From Nitrospirota bacterium (GTDB lineage Bacteria; Nitrospirota; Nitrospiria; Nitrospirales; Nitrospiraceae), in contig CAVPBK010000004.1 in assembly GCA_963701855.1 (NCBI GenBank), forward strand, positions 317,604 through 381,603: a stretch of DNA of 64,000 bases. Direction: 5' to 3'. The notes beneath the pieces are model-generated. The model saw only the letters and a program-made list of their open reading frames with translations, did no database searches and was not told where the DNA came from. The stretch's first letter is position 1, and each line of letters opens with the position of its first letter. Shown piece by piece: positions 1 to 10,488 of the stretch. The position numbers were made by a program, and so were the translations under genes.

Positions 1-2
1 GC

Positions 3-2735
3 GTGCTTTCGTACGTTGGCCATAAAATCAGCAGAGAGCAGTTCAATAGGAGGAATCTTTGGGTTGATGCCGAGGTCAATGAGGTGCTCATTGATAAGCG
101 CCTTCACCTTGGCGCCAGCATCGGCGAGATCGAGCGAATCGTCCTTGTAGCGCTCCTTCACCATGCGCAAAAGATACCCGAAGCGCCGGGCCGGGCCTCG
201 ATATGAATGTCCCGATTCGTGCGGCAGAATAAGGTTCAAGCTCTGGAGAAACTTCTTCAGATAGACTTCAAAATCCGCTCGGCGCTTGATGTCCTTCATG
301 GCGCCAACTGCCGTATGCACCACGGCAACCTCTGCAGCCGGTGTTGTCAGTGTCCCCGTCACAAACGCTTCGATCTCCGTGACTCCGGCTGAACGGAAGT
401 GTTGCAAGAGCCGCTGGTATCGCTCTTCAAGGATCGGCACTTCCGTGAGCAGATTCTTCAGCCCCTGCTGAATGTCCTGCGCGTCTTCCTCGGCATAGAT
501 GGACAAGGCGTGGGTCAGGTGATTGGCCAGCCCGATATAGTCCACGATGAAACCACGGGACTTGCCCTTCGCCACACGATTCACCCGGGCGATAGCTTGC
601 AGAAGATTGTGCTCGCGCAAACGCTTATCGATATACATGACCTGTTCAACCGGCGCGTCGAAGCCGGTCAGCAGCATGTCGCAGACAATCAGAAAGGCGA
701 TGCCCGTGAGGTCCTTATCCGGATCATCGAGGTCAAAGGGTTTGCAGAAGTTCTCCACCGCATTCCAGCGCTTCGCCTCCTTGCGGGCCTCCGTGATGAC
801 CGCAAGTTCATTGGTCGCGTCGGATGACACGACCACCACCGCCTTCAGGAACGCGATACGCCGGATCACGTCTATATTGGGCGTAGGTCTCCGCTTCTCC
901 CGGTCCAGCCGTTCGGCAAGCGCTGCGCGTATGAATTTTTGATACCGGAGGGCCGCCAGCTTGGAGTGGCATACCACCTGTGCCTTGAAGCCGTCAGGCA
1001 GGATGTTGTCGATATAATGGTCCACTAAATCCCGGGCAATGGCCTCGATGCGCTTTTCTGCTTCAAGGATGTCGCCGCTCGCGCCGTACTTTTTCTTGAT
1101 AGCCAGCAATTCTTCCTCCGTGCGCTCCTTGAACAGGTCTTCAAATTTCTGGTCGAAGGCGTGCTTATCCTTGAGTGCGGTGTCCGCAGTGCGGCCTTCG
1201 TAGAGAATCTGAAGCGTCGCGCGGTCATTGACCGCGTCCATCAGCTTGTAGGTATCGATATACTCCCCAAACCGTTTCACCGTTCGCTTCGTACCATGCT
1301 GCTCGGTAATAAGGGGCGTCCCGGTGAAGGCGATCCTGGTCGCGTTTGGGAAGGCCTCGAATAGGTTGTCACCGAGATCCGAGCTTTGCGTGCGGTGCGC
1401 CTCATCGATCATCAAGAGAATGCGCTCCGACCGGTTCACGATGCCAAAGGTTTCCGCCGCCGGTGGTTTGCCATAATGCGCAAGCGTCTCGGCCACCATC
1501 AGCGGCAATTCCTCCGTCCGCTCCATGAACTTGTGGACCATCACCATATTCACATCGGAGGCGTCGGTGCTCAGATGTTCCCGGAGTTGGGCAGTACTGG
1601 CGATGCTGTTCACCTTGCCACCGATCAGGCGAGCGGTAGCGGAAAGCTGCTCTTCGAGGTCGATCCGGTCGTTGACCATCACAATCTTAAAGTCGGCCAG
1701 ATCGGCAGAGGCGCGCAACATCCGGGCGACGAACACCATCGTGAGCGATTTGCCGGATCCTTGCGTATGCCAGACCACACCGGATCGCTCCTCCGCCGTT
1801 TTCCCCATGCGCAGCCGTTCGACAATGCGGCAGGCCGCGCGGTATTGCTGGTACCGGCAAACGACTTTTACGCGTTTGCCGTCGTCCGTATCCATGAACA
1901 CCGTGCAGGTGCGCAGCAGATCGAGCAATGTGTCTGGAGCGAGTAGGCCCTGAATCATCTTTTCCTGCTCACGTTCGATCCCAAGCGGCGGCTTGTAGGA
2001 GCGCCGCCCTTCAGGCCAGATGTCTTTCCAGGCATGAAAATGCTCATGACCGGAGGTAATCGTGCCAAATTCTGCTTTCTCCCCACAGGTCCGCACCAGA
2101 AGCACGTTGGAATAGAACAGGCGCGGTTCACCTTCGCGCAATCCAGCGGCAGTCGTCTCCGGACGCGCATTCCTGTAGCGGAGCAATTGCTCGAAGGCAG
2201 CATGCAGCGGGTTGGCGGTATTGGGATCGCCGATCTTCGCCTCGACCACCACCAATGGAATGCCGTTCACAAAGAGGACGATGTCGGGGATGATGCAGCT
2301 CTTTACGCAGCCTGGCGTATCGATGCGGAATTGGTTGATAGCGTGAAACACGTTCCGCTCCGGGTGGGCAAAGTCGATCAACTGCACCACCGGGTCAGCC
2401 TCCCCGGTGAGTTCATTCACATCCACTTGCGCCTTAAAGAAGAGCGCCTGCACCGCCTCGTTCGCTTCCAGCAACGTACGGCTGGGCTGGCGTACAATTT
2501 GGTCGCGCAGATCATCGAGCTGGCGGTCAGTCAGCCAGGCCCGACCATCGGAAGTGAGATTGAGCGAGCGGACCGACGTGCGAAATACCTCCGGCAGCAG
2601 CCACTCGCGGAAGGTCCCGCGCAAACTGGCGGCAGGGTCCGATGGAATCAGACCGTGCCCCTGGTCGATGACCGTCCAGCCCAGCGTCGCGAGCTGGTCG
2701 AGGAACGGCTTTTCAACGTGGAAGTATTCAGACAT
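3..2735 (-). CDS. hsdR: Type I restriction endonuclease subunit R (3' end outside window)
   Basis: Manual translation from ATG 2735 (MSEYFHVEKPFLDQL...), open to the window edge. Nuclease motif PDIVLFVNGIPLVVVEAK, Walker A HTQGSGKS, DEAH, FTGTP, MLLTGFDAP and QAIARVNR. Absent from the ORF track because no stop codon lies in the window. Confidence 0.95.
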   Translation of the reverse strand, partial: MSEYFHVEKPFLDQLATLGWTVIDQGHGLIPSDPAASLRGTFREWLLPEVFRTSVRSLNLTSDGRAWLTDRQLDDLRDQIVRQPSRTLLEANEAVQALFFKAQVDVNELTGEADPVVQLIDFAHPERNVFHAINQFRIDTPGCVKSCIIPDIVLFVNGIPLVVVEAKIGDPNTANPLHAAFEQLLRYRNARPETTAAGLREGEPRLFYSNVLLVRTCGEKAEFGTITSGHEHFHAWKDIWPEGRRSYKPPLGIEREQEKMIQGLLAPDTLLDLLRTCTVFMDTDDGKRVKVVCRYQQYRAACRIVERLRMGKTAEERSGVVWHTQGSGKSLTMVFVARMLRASADLADFKIVMVNDRIDLEEQLSATARLIGGKVNSIASTAQLREHLSTDASDVNMVMVHKFMERTEELPLMVAETLAHYGKPPAAETFGIVNRSERILLMIDEAHRTQSSDLGDNLFEAFPNATRIAFTGTPLITEQHGTKRTVKRFGEYIDTYKLMDAVNDRATLQILYEGRTADTALKDKHAFDQKFEDLFKERTEEELLAIKKKYGASGDILEAEKRIEAIARDLVDHYIDNILPDGFKAQVVCHSKLAALRYQKFIRAALAERLDREKRRPTPNIDVIRRIAFLKAVVVVSSDATNELAVITEARKEAKRWNAVENFCKPFDLDDPDKDLTGIAFLIVCDMLLTGFDAPVEQVMYIDKRLREHNLLQAIARVNRVAKGKSRGFIVDYIGLANHLTHALSIYAEEDAQDIQQGLKNLLTEVPILEERYQRLLQHFRSAGVTEIEAFVTGTLTTPAAEVAVVHTAVGAMKDIKRRADFEVYLKKFLQSLNLILPHESGHSYRGPARRFGYLLRMVKERYKDDSLDLADAGAKVKALINEHLIDLGINPKIPPIELLSADFMANVRKH

Positions 2736-2739
2736 CGAG

Positions 2740-3654
2740 TTATCCGTACAGCACACGCCGCAGACGTGCGAGCGCCTGCTCACGTTTGGCAGGCGCCATG
2801 CGCCGGACATTCTGCAATTTCCACTGAGCCGCCGGCAAATCAGCGACACCCGCCAGATTTAAGAGCCCCCAATCAGGCTCACCGCCTTTGAAGCTCAATA
2901 GAAACTGACGCTGACGCTCAGTCAGCTTGGTCCGAATGAGAGAAATCATGGTTTCACGCGTCTGTTCCAGCTCGCTCACCGTGACCGGCTCCAGTGCCAT
3001 ACCATGGAATTGTTCCTCAAAGATGGTTGCAAGCGGCTGCCGGCTTGGCGCCAGCATGTCGGCAAGGGATCGGTCGCTGCTGAGCAGGTAGACGACAAAA
3101 ACTTCCAGCAGCCCATCGTTGATGCCCTCATGTTCCAGCAACAGTTGCACATCGAACAGATCGCGCGGATGTTGTCGATCGAGCGCCGCGCAGAGCTTGC
3201 CCGCATAGAGATCATCCAGATGGACGACCGGCACCTCGATAAAGCCGAACTGTGCTTCCACCGCCGGGCTGACGCCTCGCATGGCCGGCTCGCGCACACA
3301 TCCACGCAACACAGGAGAGACCTCAATCTTCACTCGTGCGCGGCCACGCCATGCGACAAGTTTTATAATCTGTCCCTCGGCACTCGTGCGTTCTACGCGA
3401 ACACCTTTTGATTGTCCTTCGATGGAAGATGCGATTCGTTCTAGTGCTGCGCCGACTTCGGCCAGGCTGGTCGCCCGATCCTGCACCGGCACATAGGTGA
3501 GATCGATGTCCACCGACAAGCGCGGCAAATCGCGCACGAACAGATTGATCGCCGTCCCGCCCTTCAGGGCGAAGCAGCGCTCCTTCGCCACGAGCGGCAA
3601 CACATCCAGCAAGAGCACGACTTGTGGGCGATACGGATTATCCTCGCCTAACAC
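2740..3654 (-). CDS. abiEii: AbiEii-family nucleotidyltransferase toxin (type IV TA)
   Basis: FALKGGTAINLF..PRLSVDIDL and KLCAALDRQHPRDLFD motifs. Probable GTG start at 3654 overlapping the abiEi end (ORF track 2740..3690). Confidence 0.9.
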   Translation of the reverse strand: MLGEDNPYRPQVVLLLDVLPLVAKERCFALKGGTAINLFVRDLPRLSVDIDLTYVPVQDRATSLAEVGAALERIASSIEGQSKGVRVERTSAEGQIIKLVAWRGRARVKIEVSPVLRGCVREPAMRGVSPAVEAQFGFIEVPVVHLDDLYAGKLCAALDRQHPRDLFDVQLLLEHEGINDGLLEVFVVYLLSSDRSLADMLAPSRQPLATIFEEQFHGMALEPVTVSELEQTRETMISLIRTKLTERQRQFLLSFKGGEPDWGLLNLAGVADLPAAQWKLQNVRRMAPAKREQALARLRRVLYG

Positions 3655-4453
3655 TGAACTGCTCCGGGACGGTGATCGAGAAGCGCACATCCAGTCGTCC
3701 GCCGCGCGTCACCTGCCGTTTGCCCTGTCCAAGCGTGACACGGTTGATCTTCAGTTTGCGACTCCACGGCGCATCTTGGCGCGTCGTTAGAAAGAGAAAC
3801 AGGCGTTTTACTTTAATGCTGGTACATCCTTCCAGTAATTGCTGCACCAGCGCGGGCCTGAGGGCAGACAAGCCTTCAAACAACTCCGCCGCATGCGTGA
3901 ACCCGGCAGGTGTGTCATCCACCAGGCTCAGCACTTCCAGAATCGCCCGCTCCGGCGAAGACGCAGTCACCGTCCAGTCGCGCACACGAGTCGACAGATG
4001 TGCCAAGCCTTCGCCCACGACGACTGCATGGAAGAGCTGTTGACGATGGAAGACGAACTGCTGCGAGAGAGAGATGGCCAAAACCCAGGCCGGGAGACGT
4101 GTGAATCCTCTCCCATGGTTCCAGAGATGGATGCGCGACTCTCCTCCCAGCGGCAGGTAGTGGGCCAGACCATGAAGGTTCAGCGCTGAGAGCCCACCCA
4201 CATGGATGGGCTGTTGCGCCAGCCGCTGGAGAGCCAGCACGACTCCCTGCCAGTCAACCGGCAGAGCAGCATGGCGCGCATAGGCGCCATGAGCCAAGGC
4301 AATGAGCCAGCCGCTCGCCACATATTTGCGGACTAGTTGTGGGGATATCCCTCGCTTTAACAACCAGGCGCTCGGGACAACCACCCCTTCCGGCAGGTCC
4401 TTGAGTAGATGATTCAACAGCCGGTTCGGGACCGCTCTCTTTTGTATACCCAT
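3638..4453 (-). CDS. abiEi: AbiEi-family antitoxin / transcriptional regulator (AbiEi_3-like)
   Basis: LNHLLKDLPEGVVVPSAWL N-terminus, SSPERAILEVL and CTSIKVKRLFL. Directly upstream of and overlapping abiEii. ATG at 4453. Confidence 0.88.
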   Translation of the reverse strand: MGIQKRAVPNRLLNHLLKDLPEGVVVPSAWLLKRGISPQLVRKYVASGWLIALAHGAYARHAALPVDWQGVVLALQRLAQQPIHVGGLSALNLHGLAHYLPLGGESRIHLWNHGRGFTRLPAWVLAISLSQQFVFHRQQLFHAVVVGEGLAHLSTRVRDWTVTASSPERAILEVLSLVDDTPAGFTHAAELFEGLSALRPALVQQLLEGCTSIKVKRLFLFLTTRQDAPWSRKLKINRVTLGQGKRQVTRGGRLDVRFSITVPEQFSVRRG

Positions 4454-4505
4454 GGTGTATCTATTGCCAAAACCGCAAACCAACGCCCTGTTCAAAACTC
4501 AGGCA

Positions 4506-4562
4506 GTTTACAATTTTACGGAATAGTAAACCTGTGGTTTATAAATGTCTACTTTTGTAAAC
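4506..4562. promoter_or_regulatory. Two tandem inverted-repeat operators upstream of abiEi (GTTTAY-N14-GTAAAC)
   Basis: 4506-4531 GTTTAC-N14-GTAAAC and 4537-4562 GTTTAT-N14-GTAAAC in an AT-rich spacer. AbiEi proteins are known to autorepress via paired inverted repeats. Confidence 0.7.
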
Positions 4563-4635
4563 CAACGGTTTAGAAACAAACCCATTTGCAGGGCCTGTGT
4601 CTGCAAAGAAGCCATCTCATAAACCAGGGGTGAGG

Positions 4636-5933
4636 CTAGGTACTGGCCGGTTCGGCCACATTCACGCGCACGCGGCCGGTCAGGAGATCGTGCATGAGGC
4701 CGTACTTTTGTTTCTGAAGTTTTTGGCGCTGTGCCTCGCAACTCTCTATTGCTGCGTCTTGGGTTTCGTATATCTCAGAAATTCGTGACCGCTCACGTTC
4801 CCTAGGCCAGAGAATTAGCAACGGACGCAGATCTTCAAGGTTGATATTCCTTTGCGCTGTCTGAGGAGCGCGGGCCGCCAGCCACGTTTTTCTCCGCCGA
4901 ATACTGAGCTCGATGAACCGCACATTTTCTTGCGCCTTTGGCTGAACCCCCACAAGGCTGTCGGGTGCGCACATCGGGATACCAATGATGCAGGTGTCGG
5001 CAATATTTGCCGCGATTGTGACCATGATTGTGCCAGGCGGAAACAGACGGCTCACTGACAATCCCTTTTCATTCAGTGTCTGCGAGTAGCTACTGAGCGT
5101 TCGACCTCCAGAAAGTGCCACATCGCCGGTTTGTATGAATGGATATTGCCCACCGTAGAATCGAGAGTCATTTCGGGGACGGATGGTGAACTTTCCGCGG
5201 CTGACATCAGCTACGGAATCGAGCCGTTGAATCTCCCACTCCTTCGGAATCCAGCCGAGGGGGGATTCTTTGTAAGAGGTGGGGGGCTTGGGTGCGCGTG
5301 GGGCGAAGGTGGCCGTCTGGGGTGACGCCACGAGTAAAGAGGTCGTGCATCAGCCCCGCCTTGATCTGCTGATACTTCGCAATCAACGCCTCCGTCTGCT
5401 CAATCGCCTCGTCCACCGTCGAAAGGATTTCGGCGATCCGGCGCTGCTGCAGACGTCTGCAGGGAATGCAAGACGCTTGACGACTCTTGAACAGAGATTG
5501 GTAGTTGAACCGCTGCGAGTCCGTTGATCCGAACATATCAAAATCATTCGGCTTATTGCAAGATGCTTCGACTAGAGAACGGAATACGAATGTTCGCTCA
5601 GGCATTCGCTTGATTAGGCACGAAGAACGCAAAATGCAGTGCTGCATGTCAATCCTGCTTCAGCGCAGATTGCCGAATGCATCCAATTGCCATTCTCCAT
5701 GATTAGGACGTAACTTCGCGACATCAACACGTCACCTTCGTGTAAAACGCGTACTGCTGACGCTTCCGCGAGGCAATCGGTACATGTACTCGCATCTGAG
5801 CCCGACCATCCGCTGCATCGAGAGTCAGCCATGCATCTCGAACCTGCGATTCGTCATCTGCGAGCCATGCCGCTGGATCGAATCGCCGCATTGACGTCGT
5901 CGCCAATTCCGGTTATCGACCAGCTTCACTCAT
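4636..5933 (-). pseudogene. hsdS: Type I RM specificity subunit HsdS, frameshifted/garbled in the N-terminal half (pseudogene or assembly error)
   Basis: ATG 5933 overlaps the hsdM stop but hits TAA after 6 codons. The central conserved helix (QRRIAEILSTVDEAIEQTEALIAKYQQIKAGLMHDLFTRG) and the intact TRD2 plus C-terminal GLMHDLLTGRVRV are in different frames, with a shift near 5274. Confidence 0.85.
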
Positions 5934-8391
5934 ACCCCAACTCCACCAGAAATGTTTTCAGCTTCGCCGCTTCGGTGTCACGTTTGGCTTCGATGGCCTT
6001 GGCGGTGACAGCATATTTCTGCGTGTAAGTTTTCCAACGCAGCGAGGCAGGCTCGTTGGTCCGCGCGGAGATAGCCTTCATAGGTTTGAATGAGCAATCG
6101 GTGCAAGCGGTCGAGGATCACGCGGCGGGCTTCGTCTCGGTCGATCTTTTCCCTGGCGGCAGCAACCAGTTCTTCCTTCTTCTTTTCCGTCGCGCGGAGG
6201 TCGGCCTTCAATTGCCGTTCCTCGTCCTCTAGCGCCTTGTGGCGGAGCTAGCCGTTTCTCAGCCGCTTCGGCACGCGCTAAGAACCCGGACTGGTCTCGC
6301 TTTTCTTTCTTTGCCAGCTTGGCCTGGGCCTTGGCTTCCTTGAGTTCAGCCTTGAGGGCCTTCACATCGCTGCCGGGTAACACACCAGTATCGTCGCTGT
6401 CTTCGTAGTCCTCTTCGTCGGCAGCAGCAAAGAGGGCGGACAGTTCGACCAGACGCAGACGCTTCTGCTTCCATCTCAGCGAGGAGTTCAGGGAACTGGC
6501 TCTGAAGAATGTCGTCGTCGGGAATCAGCTCAGGTCCCCAGCCGCTGAAGGCGATGGATTTGAACTCCGGCTTGAATAACTCAAAGTAGCTGGCCAGCGC
6601 GCCACGAATCTGATGCTCAGTCAGGAGGGTCTGTTTGCCAAACGTGGCTGCGATACTGACCAACAGTTGACGGCGGAGTTCATAGACATTGCCTCGCTTG
6701 CCGTTCTTCGGTGCGAGGGCTTCGATGAGCGGGAGGTGCTCTTTCCACCACAACTCCAATTTCTCTACGAAACCGGCATGGGCCTTGGCGACCCCAGGAT
6801 CGCTCTTGACCAGTTCCGCGAGGGCACGGCGCTCAGTCACGACAGGCGCAAAGTCCGAGTACGTGTTGTCCTTGCTTCGTTGCACGAACACGCGTTCGCG
6901 CAAGCCTGCATAGTTTTTCCAAAAGTGGTTTAGTGAGTCGATCTCCACCACTGGCACGCCGCCGTGCAAATGGGCGCGCACGTCGTGCGGCTCAGGCGGA
7001 GGGGCATTGTCCACATAGCGCCGGATATTGCAGTTATAGTCTTCGGCAGCTATCTCACTCACTGGTACTAGTCTGGCGTAGCCCTCGACGTTCTTCCGCT
7101 CACGATAAGCATGGATGATTTTCGAGATGTCCTCCGGGCGGAGGAAGTTTTGTGCCTTTCCCTCGCGGTATTCCCGGTCGGCGTTGATGAAGAAGACATG
7201 CTTTCGTGCGGCTGCATCCTTTTTGTTCATCACCAACACACAGGCCGGAATGCCCGTGCCATAGAACAGTCCGGCGGGCAGGCCGATGACCGCATCCAGC
7301 CAGCCACGCTCAATGAAATGTTTGCGCGCTTCTCGTTCCTCGCCGCCCCGAAACAGCACACCGTGAGGCATGATGGTGGCCATCTTTCCGTCGGCCTTGA
7401 GCACGGCCAGCATGTGCTGGACGAACATGAGATCGGCTTTCTTCCCCTTCTCCGGCATCCACACGGCAAAACGGCCTGGATATTCGATGTCCTTCTTGAT
7501 GTAGTTCTGGCTGAATGGCGGATTGGCGAGGACTCGGTCGTAGCGTTTGAGTTCGTTGCTCTCGGCCTTATGTTGAGGTCGGCGGATGGTATCCTCCTGG
7601 CGAATATCGGCGTCGGAAATCCCATGGAGGAGCATGTTCATTTTGCAGATGGACCAGGTGGTGCCGATACTCTCCTGACCAAAGAACGACACATCCTTGG
7701 GGTTCCCACCGCACTCACGGATATAATCGCGCGTCTGAATCAGCATGCCGCCTGAGCCGCAAGTGGGATCGTAGATGCTCATGTGCGGCTGAGGATCGAC
7801 GATTTCCACAAGTGTGCGCACCACATCCGCCGGCGTGTAGAACTCGCCCGCTTTCTTGCCTGCTGAGTCGGCAAAGAATTTGATGAGGTATTCGTACGCC
7901 GCCCCCAACAGATCGGGAAACTCAAAATTCTCATCCCGCAGCGGAATCTTCTCGAAATTCTGCACGAAGTTGGCGAGCGTGTCGTCGTCGAGCGTGCGCT
8001 GCCCGATCTTGCGGTTGAAGTTGATATGTTTGAGCACATCTTGCAGCGCATCGACATTGGCATCTTCAAGCGCTTCGAGCGCTTTGTTGAGGCCGCTTCC
8101 GACATTGGTCTTGAGATGGCGGATTTTCGACCAGTGCGCCCTCTCAGGGACGAAGAAGGTGTATTTGTCGGGGTTGGCAAGTTGAGCAGCAATCTGCTTT
8201 TCAGACATCCCTCTCGTCTTGAGGTCTTTGGCAAGCTGCTCACGCTCCTGATCGAAGAGATCGCTCATCCGTTTCAGGAAGAGCATGCCGAAGATGTATT
8301 CTTTATATTCAGACGCATCCATGTTCCCGCGCAAATCGTCGCACGCGCGGAACAGGAGACCAGAGAGCTGGCTGAGGGTGAGTTTGCTCAT
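5926..8391 (-). CDS. hsdM: Type I RM DNA methyltransferase subunit M with long C-terminal extension; three apparent +1 frameshifts near the 3' end
   Basis: [17 protein letters not shown] and NPPF motifs. Removing one base each near 6469, 6244 and 6020 restores a continuous frame ending ...[14 protein letters not shown] at 5926. Confidence 0.9.
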
Positions 8392-8519
8392 ACCACGAGA
8401 CCTTACTTGCGCCTAGGGACAATGAAAGCGATTGCGGCTTGCTCGGGGCACTGTTTGGAGGGCAAGAATACCCTTTCCACCCTAGGATTGCATCTTGCCT
8501 AGAAAGGAAGCACAGCTCG

Positions 8520-8534
8520 TGGCACGAAATCTGC
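8520..8534 (+). promoter_or_regulatory. Candidate sigma-54 -24/-12 promoter
   Basis: TGGCACGAAATCTGC (GG-N10-GC) about 50 bp upstream of the small + ORF. A sigma-70-like TTGCGG-N17-TATAGT also lies at 8543-8571. Confidence 0.4.
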
Positions 8535-8582
8535 GCCCTGGTTTGCGGTTCAAAAAGAGACTTGCTATAGTGCGCGGCGGAG

Positions 8583-8843
8583 GTGGCCGTGGGCGTGGCG
8601 CCGGATTATATTTTGGTGGAGGGACAGACGTTCAGCAAGGCGAAGCTGTCGCTCGACAACCACGTCTACAAGAACTGTGCGATCGATGACTGCGACATCT
8701 ATTTTAGCGGTGGGCAATACGAGTTGCTCGACACCCACATTACGAATTCACGCCTCATCCTCAACCACCCGGCCAAGGGCATGTACAACGCCGTTCAGAT
8801 CTTCAAGATGAAGTCTCCAGGCTCCAGCATCATCTGCGAATAG
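8583..8843 (+). CDS. Small hypothetical protein (~85 aa)
   Basis: GGAGG RBS at ~8579 (start probably GTG 8589). Protein-like sequence with a LDNHVYKNCAIDDCDIYFSGG motif. Confidence 0.7.
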   Translation: MAVGVAPDYILVEGQTFSKAKLSLDNHVYKNCAIDDCDIYFSGGQYELLDTHITNSRLILNHPAKGMYNAVQIFKMKSPGSSIICE

Positions 8844-8962
8844 TAGCTATTAAAAAGCCTGCAGATTCGCTCTCGCATCGTTCAGACTCTCAACGTACCG
8901 CAAGGGTACGACTCGAGCCTTCACTCGCTGCGGCCTCGGTGAACAGGCTTTTTGAACACCCT
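8844..8962 (-). repeat. MITE/REP-like intergenic repeat, short copy
   Basis: Reverse complement shares GGCCGCAGCGAGTGAAG..CGTAC..GGTACGTTGAG..GATGCGAG with the copies at 23598 and 49937. Confidence 0.8.
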
Positions 8963-9002
8963 TCACAAAGCGTATCTCGCGAACAACGGGATGCGAGCGA
9001 CG

Positions 9003-10250
9003 CTACTTCGTGACCGAGATATTCTCCACGTACTTGACGATCTCGATCGGCTGGAAGACCGGGTCTTGCGATCCTTTGGAGGACTCGGCTTCGACACGCT
9101 GTAGGAATGGGGCAGGGCCGGTGATCGGCGCATAGTTGAGGATCAACTCAATATCGAATGTCTTGGTATCTTTCGGCGTGGGGAAGGTAAAGGTCTCGAC
9201 CCGCAGTTCTTCCGGCTTAAGAACCGTATCCTCAAGAACCTTGACCGCTTCAAAGTCGAAGCTCGTTTTCTGGCCCTTGGCATCCTGATAGACTCGCCCA
9301 TAGACCCGCTTGTCGGTAAAGACGGTCTTCAGATTCTTTCCCTTGATATCCAGATCCAGCACCACCGTCGCCCAGGCCGGATGTGTGGCGGGCAAATTAT
9401 GTGGAACGAGACTCTGCACCTTCACCGTAACCGTCGTTTTCTCACCCTCGATTTTTGCTTTGACATCCAGCTTGGCTGCTTCTTGGCGAAGCGTGCCGAT
9501 TCGACCGGGAAAGGTATGGTTGGCCGTTTTCCGTTTCTTCTCCCCGTTGGCCGACTCGCCGACCTGCTCAGGCATGTGGCAGGTCTGGCACTCTTTGCCG
9601 GACTTCACAGCCTTGCTCTGATCCCAGTTACCCAGCAGATCGTTCGTCTTGCCTAAGGCGTCAACGGATGGGACCGACTGGTGGCAATTGAGGCAGAGAT
9701 CGGACTTTTGAAACAGCCCAAGCTCCATCGATTGGTGTGCCCGGTTCTGAACAGAATCCTTATACGGTCCATAGACCATCTTGCTCTCGAGTTCGTACTT
9801 GGGCTCCGGCGGCTGTTTTGTCCGATCGACCTGCTTGATCAAATGGCATTGCGCGCAGGCCACCCCGTCCAACGACGGGTCACCGGCCTTGGTCTGATTG
9901 ATAAAGAGCTGGACTTGATTGGGAAATTCGCGCACGTGCGGCGCATGGCAGCGAAAGCACTGGGCTTTGTCTTTCCCTCCCGGGGAAGACAAAAAGACAT
10001 CGAGCGAGGCGCGAAAGGCCGGGGAATGGATCGAGCGCGAGAGCGGAGAGGTTTCCCACTCTTCAAACACGCGCTCATGGCAACGTTTGCACTTGCTGGA
10101 AGTCGAAAAAATCTGTTCGATGGTGCCTTGCGACAGGCCTAGTTCTTCCCCGAACGCGCCACGATCGAGCCAAGGAGCGAGAAACAACGCAACCGCCACG
10201 ATCGCCGCGCCAATTCCGGTCTTCACAGGGATCGAATCTCGCACCATCAT
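9003..10250 (-). CDS. Periplasmic pentaheme c-type cytochrome (c554/c552-like)
   Basis: Five CxxCH motifs (CKRCH, CFRCH, CAQCH, CLNCH, CQTCH) and a signal peptide. Start moved to ATG 10250 because the ORF-track extension runs into a repeat. Confidence 0.9.
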   Translation of the reverse strand: MMVRDSIPVKTGIGAAIVAVALFLAPWLDRGAFGEELGLSQGTIEQIFSTSSKCKRCHERVFEEWETSPLSRSIHSPAFRASLDVFLSSPGGKDKAQCFRCHAPHVREFPNQVQLFINQTKAGDPSLDGVACAQCHLIKQVDRTKQPPEPKYELESKMVYGPYKDSVQNRAHQSMELGLFQKSDLCLNCHQSVPSVDALGKTNDLLGNWDQSKAVKSGKECQTCHMPEQVGESANGEKKRKTANHTFPGRIGTLRQEAAKLDVKAKIEGEKTTVTVKVQSLVPHNLPATHPAWATVVLDLDIKGKNLKTVFTDKRVYGRVYQDAKGQKTSFDFEAVKVLEDTVLKPEELRVETFTFPTPKDTKTFDIELILNYAPITGPAPFLQRVEAESSKGSQDPVFQPIEIVKYVENISVTK

Positions 10251-10277
10251 CCCATCCTTCGCTTCAAGAACAGCATG

Positions 10278-10488
10278 CAGGACGCTCAAAAAGGCCTGCC
10301 TTCTCACCCACCCTACCCTAGCCCGCCGATACGCGCTTTGTCCCAAGCAAGACCGCAGCGAACTATTACTTTACAAGGGGTGAGTTGGGATAATCCCAAC
10401 TGCGCGCGTCCAACGAGGGCTTTCTCAAATCGCGCGTTGCGCGAGCACGGGGATCGTCCCAGTACCCTCACTCCTTTTTCAGCTCCTG
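10278..10488 (+). repeat. MITE-like repeat
   Basis: Ends CAGGACGCTCAAAAA...TTTTTCAGCTCCTG; near-colinear with the copy at 52066-52277. Confidence 0.85.

Noticed and set aside
399..2891. Long plus-strand ORFs (e.g. 1386..1946, 2034..2891)
   Set aside because: Antisense shadows of hsdR, typical of GC-rich coding DNA; the same applies to most + ORFs in the window.
5279..5287. Poly-G tract in hsdS as a phase-variation switch
   Set aside because: Only 6 G. The expected APHLYKESPLGW reading is restored by removing a base beside the tract, not in it.
10251..10346. N-terminal extensions in the ORF track (also 23498-23524, 49838-49912, 15902-16000)
   Set aside because: They run into repeats or upstream genes; downstream ATGs give better RBS and signal peptides.
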